This document shows, piece after piece, positions 50,410 through 54,681 of a stretch of 54,681 bases of DNA. Position 1 is the stretch's first letter. Every line of letters starts with the position of its first letter. A model generated the notes under the pieces. That model was not told where the DNA came from. It made no database searches and worked only from the letters and a program-made list of their open reading frames with translations. The DNA comes from Nitrospirota bacterium (GTDB lineage: Bacteria; Nitrospirota; Thermodesulfovibrionia; Thermodesulfovibrionales; JdFR-85). The DNA is taken from NCBI GenBank assembly GCA_011051565.1, contig DRKX01000121.1, positions 1 through 54,681 of the forward strand. Direction: 5' to 3'. The position numbers and the translations under genes were made by a program.

Positions 50410-51528
50410 TCAACGGATAGATTCGTAACCTCCAGGAACCCCCCTCTTGGAGAAGACGATCTGCCAGACCTGATTGTGCCTCGCGCGGAATGAGCCTGCA
50501 CAGGATAGCAGATAGTACTTCCACATCCTGTAGAATCTCTCGTCATAGTTCAACTTTATATTATTCCAATTCCGGTCAAAATTTCCATACCATGCCATCA
50601 GGGTCTTGTCGTAATGGGCGCTGAAGTTGTGCCAGTCCTCCATGACGAACAACCCTTCGATCGCACCCCCTATCTGCTTGATCGAGGGCAGGAGGGAATC
50701 GGGGAATATGTACTTGTCGATCCATGGGTCTGTCTGAACCGCTGATTCGTTTCCGCCGATCGTCTGCAGCAGGAACAACCCGTCATCCTTCAGGCAGCGG
50801 TCCACGACCTCCATGTATGTCCTGTAGTTCTTGTACCCTACGTGCTCGAACATTCCGAGAGAGACTATGCTGTCGAACTTCCCCGTGACATCCCTGTAGT
50901 CCTGAAACCTGATCTCAACCGGGAGACCGCTGCACAGCCTCTTTCCGAGCTCCACCTGTCTCTGCGACACGGTTATGCCGGTCACCTCGACATCGTACTT
51001 CTCTGCTGCATACCGCGCGAAGCTACCCCAGCCGCAACCGATGTCCAATACCCTCATCCCGGGCTTCAGCCCAATCTTCCGGCAAACGAGGTCGAGCTTC
51101 TTCTCCTGGGCCTCGTCGAGTGTATCCGCGTCTCTCCAGTAGGCGCAGGTGTAAACCATCCGCCTGTCGAGCATGCTCTCATAGAGGTCGTTCCCGAGGT
51201 CGTAGTGCTTCTTGCCTATATTGAATGCACGCCTCTTCGATTGCAGGTTGACAGTCCTCGACAGGAGTATCTTGAAGAGGAACACCCTGTCCTCTCTCAC
51301 CCTCCTCGGTATCTGGGCACGCAGTATTCTGAAGAAAAACTCGTCAAGCCTATCGCAGTCCCACCATCCATCCATGTAGGACTCGCCGAGACCGAGAGAA
51401 CCTCGGAGCAGGACCCTCCGGTAGAACCTCTCGTCATGCACCTTCAGGTCCCAGGGCCTCTGTCCGTTGATCTCTATCCCCGCCGTTGAGAGGACCTTTT
51501 CGACCGTATCCTTGTATCCGTCCCTCAT
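50410..51528 (-). CDS. cfa: Cyclopropane-fatty-acyl-phospholipid synthase
   Basis: GSLGLGESYMDGWW, HYDLGN, YTCAYW, LDIGCGWG, GMFEHVG, KYIFP, RMWKYYL. Confidence 0.95.
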   Translation of the reverse strand: MRDGYKDTVEKVLSTAGIEINGQRPWDLKVHDERFYRRVLLRGSLGLGESYMDGWWDCDRLDEFFFRILRAQIPRRVREDRVFLFKILLSRTVNLQSKRRAFNIGKKHYDLGNDLYESMLDRRMVYTCAYWRDADTLDEAQEKKLDLVCRKIGLKPGMRVLDIGCGWGSFARYAAEKYDVEVTGITVSQRQVELGKRLCSGLPVEIRFQDYRDVTGKFDSIVSLGMFEHVGYKNYRTYMEVVDRCLKDDGLFLLQTIGGNESAVQTDPWIDKYIFPDSLLPSIKQIGGAIEGLFVMEDWHNFSAHYDKTLMAWYGNFDRNWNNIKLNYDERFYRMWKYYLLSCAGSFRARHNQVWQIVFSKRGVPGGYESIR

Positions 51529-51659
51529 CTCACCATCAGCTCATGCGGCTGGTCCGCCGGCTCTTGTTCGCCGGAACCGGCGCAGATCATCTAACGTCAA
51601 TCGGATACAATGCAGCTTCAGACCGTCCAGCCCGTGAAGACCCTCCCGTTATAGTTAAA

Positions 51660-51688
51660 GGTATACCAGATAAGACGACCGTTGTCAA
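51660..51688 (-). promoter_or_regulatory. Putative sigma-70 promoter for cfa
   Basis: TTGACA-N17-TATACC with an extended TG. A divergent TTGACT-N18-TAGTAT (51746-51775, + strand) may serve the macro-domain gene. Confidence 0.55.
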
Positions 51689-51846
51689 GGGTGACGGGCG
51701 CCAGAGGGCCTTGCTCAGCGAACGATTCGACGACAGGCGCTTTTGTTGACTTTTCCGTATATGCTGAAATAGTATTCTATAAAAAATGATCCGTGGAGAT
51801 ATCAGCTGAAGAACCCTCAGAGTTTTACTGAAAAGGAGGTGTCCAT

Positions 51847-52389
51847 ATGGAGGTAAAGAAGGAGAAGAGGATAAGGGGCAGGACCGTGAGGGTCGTCAAG
51901 GGCGATATCACCGAACGCGATGTCGATGCCGTAGTGAATGCCGCGAATTCGCATCTCAAGCACGGCGGAGGCGTGGCAGGTGCGATTGTCAGGAAGGGCG
52001 GTTCGATCATACAGGAAGAGAGCGACAGGATAGGCCTCGTCCCGCCCGGCTCGGCCGCTATGACCACCGCCGGCTGGCTTCCCTGCAAGGCCGTTATTCA
52101 CGCCGTCGGCCCGCGCATGGGTGAAGGAGACGAAGACAGCAAACTCGAAAACGCCCTCCTGAGCGCATTGCGGATCGCATCTGAACAGGGCTTCAAGAGC
52201 ATCTCCATACCCGCCATCAGCTCGGGCATATTCGGCTTTCCAAAGGACAGGTGCGCTGAGATACTCATCAAGGGAGCGAGGAAGTTTCTCGAGAAGACAC
52301 CCGACACTCCACTCGACCTCATCGAGTTCTGCATATTCGACGATGAAACCCTCGGGTACTTTCTCAGGGAGCTCGAATCGCTGGAATAA
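51847..52389 (+). CDS. Macro domain protein (O-acetyl-ADP-ribose deacetylase / ADP-ribosylhydrolase, MacroD-type)
   Basis: GDIT, DAVVNAAN, HGGGVAGAI, IHAVGP, PAISSGIFGFP; RBS AAGGAGGT. Confidence 0.93.
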   Translation: MEVKKEKRIRGRTVRVVKGDITERDVDAVVNAANSHLKHGGGVAGAIVRKGGSIIQEESDRIGLVPPGSAAMTTAGWLPCKAVIHAVGPRMGEGDEDSKLENALLSALRIASEQGFKSISIPAISSGIFGFPKDRCAEILIKGARKFLEKTPDTPLDLIEFCIFDDETLGYFLRELESLE

Positions 52390-52410
52390 TTGAAGGAGTA
52401 TAGTGAATAA

Positions 52411-52441
52411 AGGGGGACCGATGCCGAGACCCGGTCCCCCT
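52411..52441 (-). terminator. Hairpin between convergent genes; probable intrinsic terminator for hsp20
   Basis: 10-bp stem AGGGGGACCG/CGGTCCCCCT followed by TTATT on the minus strand. Confidence 0.6.
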
Positions 52442-52453
52442 GAATGCGGGAAT

Positions 52454-52945
52454 CTATTCTACCTTGACCTTCTTCTCCCTCTTCTTGGCCTCTTCGGTCT
52501 TCGGAATCCTCACCTCGAGCACTCCGTCCTTGAACTTGGCCTTTGCCTTGTCCGACTGGACCTCTGCCGGAAGGCGGAAGGTGCGGCTGAATGATCCGTA
52601 GGAACGTTCCAGCCTGTAGTAGTTCTTCCTCTCCACCTTCTCCTCTTTCTTCTTCTCACCGGAGATGGTAATCGAATTTTCGGTCAGACTCACATCAACG
52701 TCGTCCTTCTTGATTCCCGGCATCTCAGCCTTCACGACCACGTCATCCCCTTCTTCGTAGATGTCCACGACAGGTGAGACCTCCTCGATCTCGGGGAATC
52801 TCAGGCTCGGGAACCACGTCGGACCCAGCAAAGAAAAGGGCCTTCTGAAGACATCTTCAATCCAGCGCTCCATCTCCTCAAACGGTGCAAGCATTCTCGA
52901 CGGCTCAGACCTTACCAGCTCCTTAGACTCCTTTTTCTTTGCCAT
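52454..52945 (-). CDS. Small heat shock protein, Hsp20/alpha-crystallin family
   Basis: PVVDIYEE, AEMPG, ERSYGSFSRTFRLP, DGVLEVRIPK, VxV tail; RBS AAGGAGGT before ATG 52945. Confidence 0.94.
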   Translation of the reverse strand: MAKKKESKELVRSEPSRMLAPFEEMERWIEDVFRRPFSLLGPTWFPSLRFPEIEEVSPVVDIYEEGDDVVVKAEMPGIKKDDVDVSLTENSITISGEKKKEEKVERKNYYRLERSYGSFSRTFRLPAEVQSDKAKAKFKDGVLEVRIPKTEEAKKREKKVKVE

Positions 52946-52963
52946 AACCCACCTCCTTATTTG

Positions 52964-53016
52964 ATTTAGATTAACCCCCATAATCTAAATATATTCCTAC
53001 TTATCATGGATGTCAA
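52964..53016 (-). promoter_or_regulatory. Sigma-70 promoter of hsp20 overlapped by a perfect palindrome (candidate operator)
   Basis: TTGACA-N17-TATATT (53016-52988); inverted repeat ATTTAGATTA-N7-TAATCTAAAT (52964-52990). Confidence 0.7.
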
Positions 53017-53072
53017 ACAGAAAAAGAGGTGATTTTTTCTTCTTATCGATGGTAAAAGTAAAATAGGTGTGA

Positions 53073-53846
53073 TTAACTCTTCTTTTCTGCTCTTTTTGCC
53101 TCCTCCCACATTCGGTCCATCTCCTCGATTGAAGAGCCGGAGAGCGCCCTGCCCTCCTTTCTGGCCTGCTCTTCCATGCGGGTGAAACGGCGTACGAACT
53201 TTGCAGTCGTCTTCCGGAGGGCCTGGTCAGGATTGATCCCGACGAAGCGGGCGAGGTTCACGATCGTGAAGAGGATGTCCCCCAGTTCTTCTTCCATTGT
53301 TTCCGTGTCGCCCATTTTCAGGGCGGTTTTGAACTCGCCGAATTCGCTTTCGACCTTTTCGAGCACGTCTTCGGCCTTGTTCCAGTCGAAACCCACCCTC
53401 GATGCTCGTTCCTGAACCCTGTGGGCCTTCAGCAGCGACGGCAGATCCTTTGGAATGCCCTCGAGTACCGATTCCTTGAGCTTCCCCTCCTGCCGCTTGT
53501 GTTCTTCCCACTTGTCGAGCACCTCCTCGGCGGTACGGAGCCTCTCTGCACCGAAGACATGGGGATGTCGCGTGAGCATCTTCTCTGAAACCGCATCGAT
53601 GACGTCGCGGATATCGAACTCTCCTCTCTCTTCGGCTATCCGGGCATGAAAGACGATCTGGAAGAGGAGGTCTCCCAGCTCTTCCTTTATCTTTTCAGGA
53701 TCGTCCTCCTCGATGGCCTCGAGCAACTCGTAAGCCTCTTCTATGAGGAAAGGCTTCAGAGACTGGCGCGTCTGTTCCCTGTCCCACGGGCAGCCGCCCT
53801 CGGCCCTCAAGTCCTCCATTATCTTCACCAATCTGTCGAAGTTCAT
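53073..53846 (-). CDS. mazG: Nucleoside triphosphate pyrophosphohydrolase MazG (tandem domain)
   Basis: GCPWDREQT, EEAYE, EELGDLL, RHPHVF, GFDW, second EELGD; start ATG 53846. Confidence 0.95.
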   Translation of the reverse strand: MNFDRLVKIMEDLRAEGGCPWDREQTRQSLKPFLIEEAYELLEAIEEDDPEKIKEELGDLLFQIVFHARIAEERGEFDIRDVIDAVSEKMLTRHPHVFGAERLRTAEEVLDKWEEHKRQEGKLKESVLEGIPKDLPSLLKAHRVQERASRVGFDWNKAEDVLEKVESEFGEFKTALKMGDTETMEEELGDILFTIVNLARFVGINPDQALRKTTAKFVRRFTRMEEQARKEGRALSGSSIEEMDRMWEEAKRAEKKS

Positions 53847-53926
53847 CCCTTCTCCATGCTCCAATCGACGATCAAGAAAGAACGACATGGCCCTGAACCG
53901 ACCCGGATAATAGTATAGAGGAGCCG

Positions 53927-54151
53927 TCAGGAAAGAGACAAGCCCGCAGAGCAGCGGTTGCCCTCTTCGCTCTGCCAAGTCCCGAGCCTCCACGCGAGAT
54001 AGTGGCAGTAATAGGGAGATTGCCTCGAGCAGTCCTTGAGGAGCTCGATAGGGAACTGGCGGCCTATGTGCTTATAACGGTCAAGTCGCTTCCTGACTCT
54101 ATTCCAGTCGAGGTAACGGTCTATGAAAGTCTTGTGGGCAGGTTCATTCAT
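53927..54151 (-). CDS. Small hypothetical ORF or gene remnant
   Basis: 74 aa with protein-like composition, co-oriented with its neighbours and filling an otherwise empty gap; no clear RBS or motif. Confidence 0.35.
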   Translation of the reverse strand: MNEPAHKTFIDRYLDWNRVRKRLDRYKHIGRQFPIELLKDCSRQSPYYCHYLAWRLGTWQSEEGNRCSAGLSLS

Positions 54152-54204
54152 CCGAGAACTCAAGCGCATCTCAGCACACCCAGAACAAACCCTCCGGCCT
54201 CGTT

Positions 54205-54681
54205 TCAGGCCTGTTCCGATCCGTTCAGCCTGCCGGCTAATTTTCTGGCCCTTTGCAAGATTCCTTTCGGCAGCGGTTGATGGGGACCTTTGGCGATTGA
54301 TCCGACAAATAACGTGCCGACCGTGTCAGCACCTATGATTCGTGCTGTCTTTTTGAGCTGCTTCCGGGTCTCGTACATTAAGCTGCCTATTATTCCTGGG
54401 GCCGCGCTCGAGGAGACTATCAGCGCCCTTTTGGGAGGCGTGTTCTCTTTTCTGAGTCTGGGAGAGTTCATGTGCCACGGCCAATAAGCATAAACGATCA
54501 GGCGCTCCATGAAACGCTTGTAGATCGCCGTGACCGAGCCGAAGTTTGTGGGTGAAGCGAGGATGTAGCCGTCGGCCAGTTCTATTTTGTCGATCAGTTC
54601 ATCCATACCGTCATGCTGTACACACCTGCCGACCGACTCACCTGCCTGCTGCGTGCACTCTCTGCAGTTGAGGCAGAACCC
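54205..54681 (-). CDS. Flavodoxin-family / iron-sulfur flavoprotein-like NAD(P)H-dependent FMN reductase (partial, 5' end outside window)
   Basis: Frame is open to the window edge: GFCLNCRECTQQAGESVGRCVQHDGM (Cx2Cx2Cx10C), then ADGYILASPTNFGSVT..KRFMER. Confidence 0.85.
   Translation of the reverse strand, partial: GFCLNCRECTQQAGESVGRCVQHDGMDELIDKIELADGYILASPTNFGSVTAIYKRFMERLIVYAYWPWHMNSPRLRKENTPPKRALIVSSSAAPGIIGSLMYETRKQLKKTARIIGADTVGTLFVGSIAKGPHQPLPKGILQRARKLAGRLNGSEQA

Noticed and set aside
51785-51840. Glycine-riboswitch-like words (GGAGA..GAAG..CTCAG) before the macro-domain gene
   Set aside because: Too compact, stems are missing and the gene context does not fit.
51847-53846. Macro domain plus MazG as an anti-phage or toxin-antitoxin (DarTG-like) system
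   Set aside because: Both look like standard housekeeping forms, lie on opposite strands and have no toxin or ART partner.
804-54487. Numerous long antisense or alternate-frame ORFs (e.g. 5215-6114, 15853-16827, 17626-18537, 34417-35322, 41848-42756, 49372-50493)
   Set aside because: They shadow well-supported genes, lack motifs, and are expected from high-GC codon bias.
1-54681. tRNA, rRNA, CRISPR arrays, IS elements, Sec/Pyl read-through, programmed frameshifts
   Set aside because: None was recognisable by eye and the identified proteins look full length. A tRNAscan/Infernal run would be needed to exclude small RNAs formally.

Overview
A GC-rich, gene-dense bacterial chromosome segment made up almost entirely of housekeeping genes. 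Gene content and order (psd-pssA-leuA-leuC, def-fmt-DUF116, trmFO-xerC-hslVU...argB, surE...pcm, an MqnP-type prenyltransferase, 2-oxoacid:ferredoxin oxidoreductase subunits) suggest an anaerobic diderm such as Nitrospirota (Thermodesulfovibrionia-like) or Desulfobacterota; this taxonomy is inference. About 54 CDSs are supported. I see no rRNA, tRNA, CRISPR array, transposase, prophage or defence island, and no unmistakably new system. The best leads are: (1) a TamB / 7-POTRA Omp85 / PPIase-less SurA-like operon; (2) three genes with a TATAAT box 5-6 nt before the ATG (probable leaderless mRNAs); (3) a probable ATC start codon on a peptide ABC permease; (4) a non-CIRCE perfect palindrome over an hsp20 promoter; (5) two mutually exclusive hairpins between leuC and a diguanylate cyclase; (6) a cfa / HD-[HD-GYP] pair; (7) a PIP-synthase-like gene beside a sulfotransferase; (8) several split operons. 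Many starts were moved from the ORF track to the codon that fits the RBS and family N-terminus. All product calls come from motif recognition by eye, not database searches.
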